Assembly (NCBI GenBank): GCA_032718475.1
Contig: JAUCBJ010007907.1
Span: 1 to 60,509 of the forward strand
Length of the DNA stretch: 60,509 bases
Source of the DNA: Nemertoderma westbladi
Lineage: Eukaryota; Animalia; Xenacoelomorpha
Reading direction: 5' to 3'
The notes below the pieces were generated by a model. The model worked only from the letters and a program-made list of their open reading frames with translations. It was not told where the DNA came from and did not search any database. A program made the translations under genes and the position numbers. Each line of letters opens with the position of its first letter. Position 1 is the first letter of the stretch. Of the stretch, positions 1 to 10,174 are shown one piece after another.

Positions 1-3000
1 TGGGGTTGATGTTAATATGTTGGGGCCCATACACCTATCCGCAATAATTCCCCCCTCCCCTGGGTATATGTTATGTCCCTGCATGCTGTAGTCATACTGC
101 TGTGCTGGTACCGGTATAGGCCTATCAGCTTCTGGCCTACTCGCCGGTATGTATTCCGCGACTTCCGGGTTTAATCCCGTTGTCCGCGCTATCCTATCGC
201 CTACATTGCCTCTCTCAGTATGGCCTACGGTATGTGCAGTAAGACCTACAGTATGCCCTACAGTCTGCATGTGTTGCTCGGGATCGAAGTTTATTCTTCT
301 CGAATAATCCTCCCCGCGGCTACCGTATTCTCGATCGGTAGGTATATTCCGTCGGAAAGTTTCTCTTCGACCCCCCTCTCCACTGTTTTCATCTTCGTAC
401 CGGTACATCGCGTACCCCTCTCTCGGCGTGTAATGCGTCTCATCGGATCGCATCCCTCCGGGGCGACGGCAATCTCCCGGAGTCCGACCCCACTGACTCT
501 CCGTTCTCATCTCGACTACCGACGGCTCGCTGTCCGTCCTCGCTCTTCTATCTTTTGCGGCGATACTTCTACTACTCTCTTCCTCTCTTCTCCTATCAGT
601 GGAATATTCCCGCTCACGAGATCTCTCGTCGACCTCCCGGTTAAACCCCACTGTTCTTCTTTCCTCCTCTGATCGGGCTCGACGCTCCGTCTGCCCTCCC
701 GCGACGTCAACCTGTCTTTCTCTGCTCGATCGCACGTCGCTGGGGATACTCGCAATCCCCCTATTACTTTCCGTCGCCGGTTGTTGCGGTTTACCTTGTT
801 CGGCCCTCGCATTGTCCGCTGACGGCTGTGGGACACTCTCTGCCCCCCCCCCTCTCGCCGCTAACTTTCTGTTGTGGGGTGCTCGTAGCCCCCCCCCCAC
901 TCGCTACATCTAACTTCGCTACCTCTCGCCCCGCTACTATATATCTCTCTAGTCGACACATCAACCCTACCACAGTCGGGTCTATTCACCCCCGCCTCTC
1001 CCTCTGCTATTGCGCGGCCTACTGGACCCTCTACTCCCTGCCTACCAACTACGTGGCCTACCAGGCCCTCTGCTCCCTGTCTACTAACTACGTGGCCTAC
1101 CAGGCCCTCTGCTCCCTGTCTACTAACTACGTGGCCTACCAGGCCCTCTGCTGCCTGTCTACTAACTACGTGGCCTACCAGGCCCTCTGCTGCCTGTCTA
1201 CTAACTACGTGGCCTACCAGGCCCTCTGCTCCCTGGTTATGTAGGCCAGACGTATTTACATTAATAGCACCCATATTGGAAACGGAATTAATTTGCCCGT
1301 TTGAAACAAAATCATTTGTATTATTCTGCGCGACTACGTTATCTGAATTATTTTGTAAATTCGGGCTAAGATCATTATTTAAATTATTCGAATTATTTTG
1401 TGTAATTGCGTTATTTAAGTTATTTTGTAGGTCCGAATTCGGGTTATTATTTTGATTATTTGAATTATTTTGCGTAACTACATCAATATTAGGATTATTT
1501 TCTACATTAATACTAGGGACGTTCTGATTTAAATTTAAGTTACTACCACTAGGTAAAGTATTCCCTGCAATAAAGGTTTGATTAGAGTTATCCCATACGG
1601 TACTATTAATATCAACAACGTCTACTGTACCATCATTATTATTACCCCCCCCGCCCGTACGGTCACACCAGTTTTGGGTCTGTCGTGCGGTCCCTGTCAG
1701 TGGGGTATTAATAAACGTGTCTACGGCCCCTGGCTCCTCAAAAATACTCGAGCCGGCCCCGCTTTCAGACGGCAACGCTCGGACCAGTTCCAGCTCGTGC
1801 GCCCGTCTAATCTTATTTTTCGCCGATTCACCTTGGCGTTTCTCTAAATCCCTTAGCTCTTGCTCAGCCTTTGCCCCTCTCTTCTCACTCTCCTGACTGT
1901 CCCGTCTGGCCGACTCTACCACACTCCTAGCGATCTCCCTTCGCCTCGCCTCACGCTCCTTACGTTCCTTTTCCTTTCTCGCCTCATATTCCTTGCGTTC
2001 CGCCTCACGCTCTTTGCGTTCCTTTTCTTCCCTAGCCTCACGCTCTCTACACTCCTTTTCCTCTATTTCGTCACTCTCCCTAAGGCTCCTCAAAGCCCTT
2101 TCGAGCCTCTCTCCGTTCTCTTTAATCAATGCCGCTTCCCTCGCTAACCGCGCTCTCCCCTCCTCTAACCGTTCCTCCATTTCCTTCTGACCTTGCTCTG
2201 CCACGTCGAGACGGTATGCGGCACCTACCTCTCTCACCACTCTTTCTTTCGCGGAGGATGTAACAGACTTATCGGTTATGACGGACTTCCCCCGCCTTCC
2301 CGACCTACTAACTTTCTCCCCCTTCCCGGAGCTTTCTCCGACCGACGAGGCCGAATCCTCGGGGTTAACCTCGGATTCGCCCCCTTCGAGTCCCCTCCAA
2401 CCCACTGGTTTTACTCCCCGGGCATCGACCAAGTATGGCCCTATGTACACTGGCGCTACACTAGGTTCCATACTCCCACACTCCCATAGTTCAAACAGTT
2501 CGCCGGCTATCCTTTCTGCTCTCTCCCCGGCCAGTTCTCTCTGCCCAAAACGTATTAGGTAATTTAAGTGTTTATCCGACTCACCTAGTCGCTTTCTCAG
2601 TCTCACCTCGTCTACCTTCGCCCCTTCCTTCTTGGCGTCGTTTATCAGCTTCCGGGTCGCGTTGTAGGCCCGTCGAAGTCGCTCAGAAACCCCGACGTCC
2701 TCGTCGCCGACCTCTCCTCCGTCCCTCCGGGTTCGACGTCGTACCGGCGGCTCCACCGTCGCCGTTCCGGTGGGCCGTCCGTCGCCCTCGGCCTGTAGCT
2801 GGCCGGCGACATCGGTACCGATCTCTCCTCCTTCTCTTCGTCTCCGGCGTCGCACCGTCGGCCCCACCCGCCGTTCGGTGGGCCGCTCGTCGCCCTCGGC
2901 CGGTAGCTGGCCGGCGACATCGGCGCGCCGTTCTCCCTCTCGTGTCGACTCGTCTCCTTCTCCCTCCATCTCGCTCTCTTTCTCTCTTGGTTCGACTTCG

Positions 3001-3143
3001 GGTTCCAGGCCCTCCTCGTCCTGGACTTCCGGTTCGCCCGTTATCGATGGCTCCGGCGTCGTGGGCCTGTATCGCTTAGTCGCGGCCTCGCGGATCGTTA
3101 GGTCTTCGTCCGGGGTCCGCGGTCGGTGTCTCACCCGATTCAC
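1..3143 (-). CDS. BEL/Pao-type gag N-terminal region (element A), frameshifted at poly-G runs and running off the left edge
   Basis: ORF 861..3143 has EVNPEDSASSVG plus an S-rich stretch and a long E/R/K coiled coil, typical of BEL/Pao Gag N-termini. Coding continues in other frames past G homopolymers (~845, ~895) to position 1 (includes GLNPEVAEYIP). It lies just downstream of a TG..CA LTR. Confidence 0.65.
1012..1235. repeat. 39-bp coding tandem repeat (~5.5 units; minus strand encodes QGAEGLVGHVVSR)
   Basis: Unit ctactaactacgtggcctaccaggccctctgctccctgt repeats at 1042, 1081, 1120, 1159 and 1198. Confidence 0.95.
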
Positions 3144-3263
3144 TCATCTTGTCTTGTGTCTGAATTATTCGGCTAGCTGGGTTGCAGTTCTTAGAGTTTA
3201 ACTAGGGCGGCAGCTCGGTTTTAGTTACTGAGTTTAGCTGGGGAAGCAACACCGTTTAGTTAC

Positions 3264-3800
3264 TGTGACGGGATCCAGGAGGGATCCCGATTTATCCGGT
3301 GTGGTATTTAGTCCACGCGTCCCCGCCGTGTATAAGAGTGAAATAAAGATAACTGAGTTCTGAAGTTCGGTGTATAATAAGAGGTTATAAGATATAGATA
3401 TATTGTGAATGTGTACAAGGCGGGATACGGTAACTAAAGTCCCGTGATCCCCTAACTAAACTAATTGGCTGTACCCTACGCTAGCACTGCTGCACTGAGA
3501 TAACTGAATCACTGATTAATAGGTTATTGGTTATATTGCACGGTGGCCTTACTGCTACTCAATCGATGCCATTCCCCCCTCTGATTGGTTAGTACCCTTG
3601 TTGGCGCCCCGTGGAGTATTCCCGTTCACTCCACCTGTTCTCTCTGGGTTAGGGGTTTGGCCCCTGACCCTCTATTGTGTGCTTCCTTCCCACTCTTATT
3701 GGGATGGCACGAGTTGGTTAATTGCCCAATCTCGTGGCTCCCAATATTGCTTATCGGCTAATAACTTTATGGGGTGTTGGCGGGATTGAATAAGCTAACA
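3264..3800 (-). mobile_element. Putative 5' LTR of element A, inserted just after the integrase core of element B
   Basis: Minus strand reads TGTTAG(3800)...GTCACA(3264), with a CCAAT box (~3585) and TATA/Inr-like motifs (~3535-3500). The gag ORF begins 120 bp downstream. The second LTR and TSD are outside the window. Confidence 0.6.
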
Positions 3801-6353
3801 TGAGGAATTAGGGAGGTGGTCGTGGGGAAGAGTGTCTTGCCTTCCATAGTTTCCAGAGAGTTCTCTGTCTCTTTCCAGTAAACATAAACGACCAACTGGG
3901 CGATTGAGTTGTTGCATCTCAAAGATTATGCCTGGCTTCTTGAAGTTACGCCGCATGACGACAAGTTCTACTGAGCGCACTAAACCATCATCCGAGATGT
4001 GAGTCTCGATGATACGACCTGTCTGCCACCGTTTACGTGGGAGGTCTTCATCTACAATAAGCACCATATCTCCGGCGCTGACGTTTTCTTGCTGCGCAAA
4101 CCACTTAGTTCGAAGTTGTAGCGTGGGCAGATAATGTTTCTCGAAATGGTCAGCGAAACGACGGGATAGCAACTGCATAAGTTGCCAAGTTCGACGGCAG
4201 TATTCGTCTCCGTCTGCAATCTCCGATCGTGGGAGCATGGCTACAGGTTTCTTCAGTAGGAAGTGCGCGGGTGTTAGCGCTTCCAGGGAATCGGGACTCG
4301 ATGAGACTGGCATAAGCGGTCTCTCGTTGAGATAGGCAGCTATTTCCTCCATTAACGTCCGCAAAAGTTCGTCGGTGAGATACGCGCGGCATGGCACTAT
4401 AAAGTGAAATGCGGTTTTGACACTTCGAATTAATCTCTCCCAACTTCCTCCCCACCAAGGGGCGTCGGCGGCGTTGAAGGTCCAGCTAGACGCTGTTATC
4501 CTTAGCTGGTCGTCCACCTGTCTTTGGTTCCAGTCCTTCACGTAAGCCTGTATTTCGTTGTTGGCACCAATGAAGTTCGTTCCCTTATCCGATCTCATGG
4601 TATTACTCGTCCCGAAGCGAGCGATCTGTCGGCGTAAACTTAAGACGAAGCTGTTGGTAGATAGATCGTTCACCATATCGAGATGGATGGCTCTACAAGT
4701 CATGCATACGAAGATGACACACCATCTCTTGACTATAGTCCTAGCACGATATACTTCAATAGGGCCAAATAAATCTACACCAGTATTAGTAAAAGGTGGT
4801 TCATAGAAGCTTACTCGTTCCCTAGGTAATTCTGCCTCTCGCTGTGTTAAAGGCCTACTGAATGCTTTCCTACAGGGTATGCAGTTCCTAAGAACTTGGT
4901 TCAGAGCTCTACGGGGTTTATCAAAATAATAGCGAGTTCGAATTTCGCTAAGAACTCGTTCTCTACCAGCATGATAAAGTTTACTGTGAACATCTACAAT
5001 CATCTTGATTTGTACTTCAAGATTTCTAATGAGTATGGGGAATTTAGTGTCAAAGGATAATGGCGCATTGGTGAGCCTTCCTCCAACACGTATTAACCCA
5101 TCTATCATTGTGCTAGAGAATCGATCCCTTAAGCGCATCTGCGGATTTCTCAACAACAGGAAATACTTATCGGAATCCTCATAGCATTGCAGGAGTCTCA
5201 GTATCTGCTTATTGGTTTCTTCATGCTCCTGGTAACTAATTTTCTTCTTTAGAAACCGGTCGGATGTTTTATATTTGGGTAAATTTTTAATAACATGAAC
5301 TTGTGCAGATGTCAATGGAGCGGTATCACTAGTGGTCTTCGTCTTGGAGTAGTGATGATGAAAACATCGCCTTAAATATGTGACGGCTTTACAGAGCCGA
5401 TTCCAGGAACTGTAGTGATGCATTGCTCTCTGCAGCAGGGGTGAGATTCCTTGCGAGACGTCTGGTATTCCAGATTTCCAATCTCTATCTCTAATTTCCA
5501 CAACAGACTTATTTGTGGCGAGGGATTGTGGATCCGAAGCATCATTCCCGGAAGTATGTAATACAGATAGATCGATCGTCGGTTTAAATAACTTCGATTT
5601 ACTCGCCCGGGTTTTAGGTTTGACTGTCTCCGCTCCCTTGGCTTGTCTAATCTCCGCCGTAGTAAGGTGAGGAGGCCATTCATCCTCTTCCTTGCTCAGG
5701 AAGTCGGGTCCACCCAACCAATCTGGAGTATCTATCAGTTCCTGTGGAGTTGCTCCCCTGGAGGCGATATCGGCTGGATTAATCGTACCAGGGCAATGTC
5801 TCCATTGATCTATCTTTGTGCGACTAAGAATAATAGCTACCCTGTTAGTAACAAAAACGCTGAACTGACAGACTTCATTGGTTAGATACTCCAACACGAG
5901 TAAAGCGTCGGTCCAATAAACCGTTTTCTCCAGTGGATAGTCGATTTGTTCTGTTACGTTCCGGCCGATGGCTGTAGCGTATAAGGCCGCCTTTAACTCC
6001 GCTCGAGGAACCTTTAACTTGTTGTTAATCAATGCCTTAGAGGTAACCAAGGCGACTTTGATTCCATCCGGAGTTTCGACTCGCAGATATGCTACTATAC
6101 CTATTCCCATGTCGCTGGCGTCTCCAAACACATGGAGTTGATAGGAATACGTAGGAAGAACATGACCAAAATATGCACGGGAAATTATAAAGTTCTCGAT
6201 GGCCGGTAGAGAATCTTCCCATTTCATCCATTTCTTCAACAGTTCTCCCTTAAGCGGATCGTCCCATGAGTGGTTTTCAAGCCACATTTGTTGTACTAAA
6301 CTCCGAGCAATCAATATAACTGGGCGAAATAAGTGCTCAGGATACTTAAACAA
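3795..6353 (-). CDS. BEL/Pao RNase H + integrase part of pol
   Basis: Motifs LHVFGDAS, VPRAELKAA, YWTDA, WRHCPGTINPADIASRG, HHCC (H..LYH...CIPC), GVDLFGP, SDKGTNF, WWGGSWERLIRSVK and RPVGRL. Confidence 0.93.
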   Translation of the reverse strand: MFKYPEHLFRPVILIARSLVQQMWLENHSWDDPLKGELLKKWMKWEDSLPAIENFIISRAYFGHVLPTYSYQLHVFGDASDMGIGIVAYLRVETPDGIKVALVTSKALINNKLKVPRAELKAALYATAIGRNVTEQIDYPLEKTVYWTDALLVLEYLTNEVCQFSVFVTNRVAIILSRTKIDQWRHCPGTINPADIASRGATPQELIDTPDWLGGPDFLSKEEDEWPPHLTTAEIRQAKGAETVKPKTRASKSKLFKPTIDLSVLHTSGNDASDPQSLATNKSVVEIRDRDWKSGIPDVSQGISPLLQRAMHHYSSWNRLCKAVTYLRRCFHHHYSKTKTTSDTAPLTSAQVHVIKNLPKYKTSDRFLKKKISYQEHEETNKQILRLLQCYEDSDKYFLLLRNPQMRLRDRFSSTMIDGLIRVGGRLTNAPLSFDTKFPILIRNLEVQIKMIVDVHSKLYHAGRERVLSEIRTRYYFDKPRRALNQVLRNCIPCRKAFSRPLTQREAELPRERVSFYEPPFTNTGVDLFGPIEVYRARTIVKRWCVIFVCMTCRAIHLDMVNDLSTNSFVLSLRRQIARFGTSNTMRSDKGTNFIGANNEIQAYVKDWNQRQVDDQLRITASSWTFNAADAPWWGGSWERLIRSVKTAFHFIVPCRAYLTDELLRTLMEEIAAYLNERPLMPVSSSPDSLEALTPAHFLLKKPVAMLPRSEIADGDEYCRRTWQLMQLLSRRFADHFEKHYLPTLQLRTKWFAQQENVSAGDMVLIVDEDLPRKRWQTGRIIETHISDDGLVRSVELVVMRRNFKKPGIIFEMQQLNRPVGRLCLLERDRELSGNYGRQDTLPHDHLPNSSC

Positions 6354-9300
6354 ATCCGTTTGGTCCGAACTGCATTATCTCGCTGTTTTAACTGAAAAAA
6401 CAGGATGTCTCTTTCAGTGTCCCACTTCAAGCCAAGCGTCTTGGTTTCAGGAAGATCGTCCTTTATTAAGTCTAGGTCTTTCGTTCCTCGGTCTTCTACC
6501 GGTATCGCTTCCAGAAACTCACGGGAGTTGCTGGTGAATTTCGTCAGTCGAAATCCACCTCTTTTCAAACACTCTACCGTTCCTTTCGCGACATCTATGG
6601 CTTCTTCTACTGATGGAAGGGACCTTAAATTGTCGTCTATGTATATATTACGCTTGATGTTTTCTATCACCTCTTTGGAGAAGGCGTCTCGGTTGTCATT
6701 CGCAGTGGTTCGCACCACGGAGCAGGCGTTGGAAGGGCTTGATATGATCCCAAAAGCCTGGATGGTCATCCAGTACTCTACCGGTTTCTGGTTGAGGTCT
6801 CCTTCAGGCCACCACAGAAATCTCAGGCTGTCTCTATCTCTATCCAGCGCCTTGACTTGTAAGAACATTCCTTCTATATCGGAGGCGAACGCGATGGAAT
6901 ATTGTCTTAATCTTAAAAGTATTCCCAACAAAGATTGGAGTAAGTTGGGTCCTGGTAACAACTCGGAATTGAGGGATTGGCCCATATATAGGGCGGAGCC
7001 ATCGAATACGACTCGTACTTCGTGGGGTTTACCGGGTTTGGGAACGTAATGATGTGTTAAGTAATACGTTCTCTCAGTCACTGGTGTTCCTTCCGGTACT
7101 CGCTCCGCGTATCCCTTTGTTATAAATTTCTTCAACTGAGTTTGGTACATTTCTTTAGCTGAAGCATTGGCCGTAAGGTGTCGATGTAATTGAGCGATTC
7201 TTTTCTCTGCCAAGGGTCTGTTATTTATAAATCTAGGTTCTCGTTTTCGAAATGGTAGGCCGATTTCATATCTACCTTGGTCCTTTAAAAAACGTGTAGT
7301 TGTTTCCTGGATTTGCTTGGCTCTTTCTTCTTCTATCGATAGGGCCTTATCGTATGAATTGGGCTCTACCAGTTCTTGAGTAAAGAATCGTATGGCGATT
7401 TCGTCCCGAGTTCTAGCGTTGCAGCGCTCTATCTCATCATTTAGTTCGTCATTGTAATCAATGGGTCCCGATGGGCGAATCAGTTGACATAGGTTCACCT
7501 GGTTTTTCCACGTTTTGTTTTCTGTAAGTAGGTCGATTGTGTTCTCTTCGTCGAAGAGTTGGTAGATGTCGTCATTATCTGAGGAGTATGGTGTTCCTTC
7601 AGTTAGTTCGTCCACCTCACTGCTCTCCACTTCCCCATCGTTTACTTGGTATATTCGTTCTTGTGGCATTCTCTCTTCGAGAGTTCTGCGGGAAGGGCCA
7701 GTAAAGTACCAACCTACTCTAGTTCTTACCGCATAGGTTTGCAGTGGCTGCGGTTGAGCAGGCCGTTTCTCCAATGTCTCGAGCGCCTCATGCGCGTTTT
7801 GGCCGATGAGTATTTGCACTCCAGGATAATCTGTCTGGAATCGAGGTATCTTAAGATGTTGGATGCTCTCATCCTCGTCCCAATTATAAAGGTCTGCTTG
7901 AGTAGTAGCGAAGTTCTTTATAGCCACCATTTTTACCGACCTTATACCTTGTGCTCCTAATTTATCCTGGGGGGTGGACAACACACCTACATAGTAATCT
8001 GCCGTTAGGGTAGATTTCCAAACCTGCATAATTCCTGACATATTCAATTTAGTCCGGAATTTGGGTTGTCCAGCAAAGATATCTTTGGCTAGTTCTTGAT
8101 CGATGAATGTTCCTGTGCTGCCGGAGTCAAGGAGGGCGTTCACTATGTAACTTTTGTTAGGACCATGAACTCTTACCTGCACTACAGGAAATTCTCTGAT
8201 TCCTACGTTGGAAGTTGGAGCTTTCCAAGATGGTTGTCTGGCGAAAGTAGTTGGGGGGAACTCATTGTCGGTGTCCTTTTCATAAGTAAGTGCTCGATAC
8301 ACTGCGGTATTGATTAGATAACAGGATTCGTTGGCGTCGGAGAATTCGTCAGTATAGAATCCTTCCATCTCAGATAGTTGATCAGTGTCATTTACATCAC
8401 TGAATTGGACATGTAGTTCGGGCTCACTTATCTGACTCGGTTTGTCTCGTTCGAACTCACTGTGTAACAAGATGTGATGTTTCGCGCCACACTTTGCACA
8501 CTTTACGTCGGAGTAACAGGTTCGCCGTTGGTGTCCTGGTCTGAGGCAATTATAGCATAATCGCTTATCCCACACGACTGCACGTCTGTCTACAAGGGGT
8601 TTCTTTAGAAATTCAGCACACGCACTCAAACGGTGGGTCCCGTCGCACAGCGCACAGTTAGGTTTTATGTTACTCACTTTACCTTGGGTAACTTGATGCA
8701 CTCTCGTTCTTTCTTCGGGCTTTCTTCGGTGCATTCTGTTAGGAGACTGAGGAGGGGTCTTGGCAACCTGTTCTCTCCTATCGTTGTTTCGAGCCTTGTA
8801 TTTACTTACGTCTTTTGAGGTTTTGTCAACGTAGTAAGATCTATCAGTGTCTTTCCCGCTGTCCTCTTCTTGAGAAGCTTGGCTTTCGCCGTCGTCAGTA
8901 TAACACACCGGTGTTACTCTTCTCCTAGAAGCGGGTTTCTCACTTACCTTATTTTCCGAGGTTTTCTCTCTGGACTGCTTGATGAGTTGTAGTTTTACTT
9001 CACCATCTAAGAAGGACATGAGATCAGCCATGGTAGGGCTTCGTCGTTGCTTACCTAACCAGTCCAATTGTCTACAGATCTCCTGAATCTCATCGGAAAA
9101 CTCTATAATCCCGCTACTAAGGAAGTTTCGGGGGGCTACTAATTTTGCATACAAATACTTAGCTATGTTATCCTTGTTACCATACCTGATGTTTAATGTA
9201 TCCCAAACTTGTCTTAATCCTTCTGGATGTCCAATAAACTTTAACGCCATTAACTTGGGAGGTCCTTCCAAGCACTTGATGAGGAACCTAAGTTTCTCTC

Positions 9301-10174
9301 CGTTAGATAGCACAGAGTTCTGTATGCTGTCTTTGTAATATTCGTTGAAAGGTAACCATTTCATCTCATCTCCATTGAATTTGACGATCTCTCCCACTTT
9401 GACTGCTTGGCGGGCTTCTGTTCTAGCCATCTGACGCGTAAAGCTTTCTTGGGCCATCGTGTTATTTAATATCGAATTATCGGTATATAGATTTCTCGGA
9501 TCATTATCAGGTCTATAGGGAATATCTTTAACAACAGGTCTATAATCACCCTTAATAGGGTTTGCTATAGGAGTTTCTACTTCACTAGCAGTATAGATGC
9601 GTGTAGGCTCCACACCTTGCGCATGTAATACTTCAGACCTAACAGGTTGACACAATGTTACAGGGGGTATTGGTATACCTTTTTGTATATTGACTAATTT
9701 GTCGCGTTCTAGCGCGATACTTTGTTGCACTTCTTGTAATTCGGCCCTACCTTCCCTTACTGTTCCCTTAAGTTGGTGGACAGTCTCCTGCATCTGTCCG
9801 AGCAGGAGATTCATCCCCCGCCGTCCCTCCTCTACCCACTCGACCGCCGAAGCGGGAATCGCCAACATTGTAGCGGGCTGACGCGGGACGACGGGAGACA
9901 AATCTTTGATTTCTCTCTCAGCGTCCAGGACAGGGATATTCTCACGGACTGTTCTACCGGGTACATGCAGTGTAGTACTGTGTAAATGGAATTTAGAGTT
10001 TGTTTCAGGGAGTACAGGTGTCTCTAGCACCGAAGGGGTGGCTTCGAGAAAAGGCCTAATTATTTCAGGCTCATCTGTTATAGTAGGGAGTCTGTTGACG
10101 GTAATAATTCGGTCTGTGGGTTCTGTACTACCTACTGTTGTGCTAGCTAATTGTCTTCTAACAGCTGGGGGCAA
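6311..10174 (-). CDS. BEL/Pao gag core, aspartic protease and reverse transcriptase
   Basis: Motifs KFNGD..W..F, knuckles CALCDGTH..C / CYNCLRPGH..C / CAKCGAKHH.LLH, LLDSGS protease, RVVFDGSA, DIEGMFLQV, LRFLW and YIDD. Confidence 0.93.
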   Translation of the reverse strand: MPPAVRRQLASTTVGSTEPTDRIITVNRLPTITDEPEIIRPFLEATPSVLETPVLPETNSKFHLHSTTLHVPGRTVRENIPVLDAEREIKDLSPVVPRQPATMLAIPASAVEWVEEGRRGMNLLLGQMQETVHQLKGTVREGRAELQEVQQSIALERDKLVNIQKGIPIPPVTLCQPVRSEVLHAQGVEPTRIYTASEVETPIANPIKGDYRPVVKDIPYRPDNDPRNLYTDNSILNNTMAQESFTRQMARTEARQAVKVGEIVKFNGDEMKWLPFNEYYKDSIQNSVLSNGEKLRFLIKCLEGPPKLMALKFIGHPEGLRQVWDTLNIRYGNKDNIAKYLYAKLVAPRNFLSSGIIEFSDEIQEICRQLDWLGKQRRSPTMADLMSFLDGEVKLQLIKQSREKTSENKVSEKPASRRRVTPVCYTDDGESQASQEEDSGKDTDRSYYVDKTSKDVSKYKARNNDRREQVAKTPPQSPNRMHRRKPEERTRVHQVTQGKVSNIKPNCALCDGTHRLSACAEFLKKPLVDRRAVVWDKRLCYNCLRPGHQRRTCYSDVKCAKCGAKHHILLHSEFERDKPSQISEPELHVQFSDVNDTDQLSEMEGFYTDEFSDANESCYLINTAVYRALTYEKDTDNEFPPTTFARQPSWKAPTSNVGIREFPVVQVRVHGPNKSYIVNALLDSGSTGTFIDQELAKDIFAGQPKFRTKLNMSGIMQVWKSTLTADYYVGVLSTPQDKLGAQGIRSVKMVAIKNFATTQADLYNWDEDESIQHLKIPRFQTDYPGVQILIGQNAHEALETLEKRPAQPQPLQTYAVRTRVGWYFTGPSRRTLEERMPQERIYQVNDGEVESSEVDELTEGTPYSSDNDDIYQLFDEENTIDLLTENKTWKNQVNLCQLIRPSGPIDYNDELNDEIERCNARTRDEIAIRFFTQELVEPNSYDKALSIEEERAKQIQETTTRFLKDQGRYEIGLPFRKREPRFINNRPLAEKRIAQLHRHLTANASAKEMYQTQLKKFITKGYAERVPEGTPVTERTYYLTHHYVPKPGKPHEVRVVFDGSALYMGQSLNSELLPGPNLLQSLLGILLRLRQYSIAFASDIEGMFLQVKALDRDRDSLRFLWWPEGDLNQKPVEYWMTIQAFGIISSPSNACSVVRTTANDNRDAFSKEVIENIKRNIYIDDNLRSLPSVEEAIDVAKGTVECLKRGGFRLTKFTSNSREFLEAIPVEDRGTKDLDLIKDDLPETKTLGLKWDTERDILFFQLKQRDNAVRTKRICLSILSTYFAQLY

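Noticed and set aside
220-3201. Plus-strand S/P/L-rich ORFs opposite the gag (also 18735-19370 and 10292-10717)
   Set aside because: Antisense shadows of purine-rich coding strands with no recognisable motifs.
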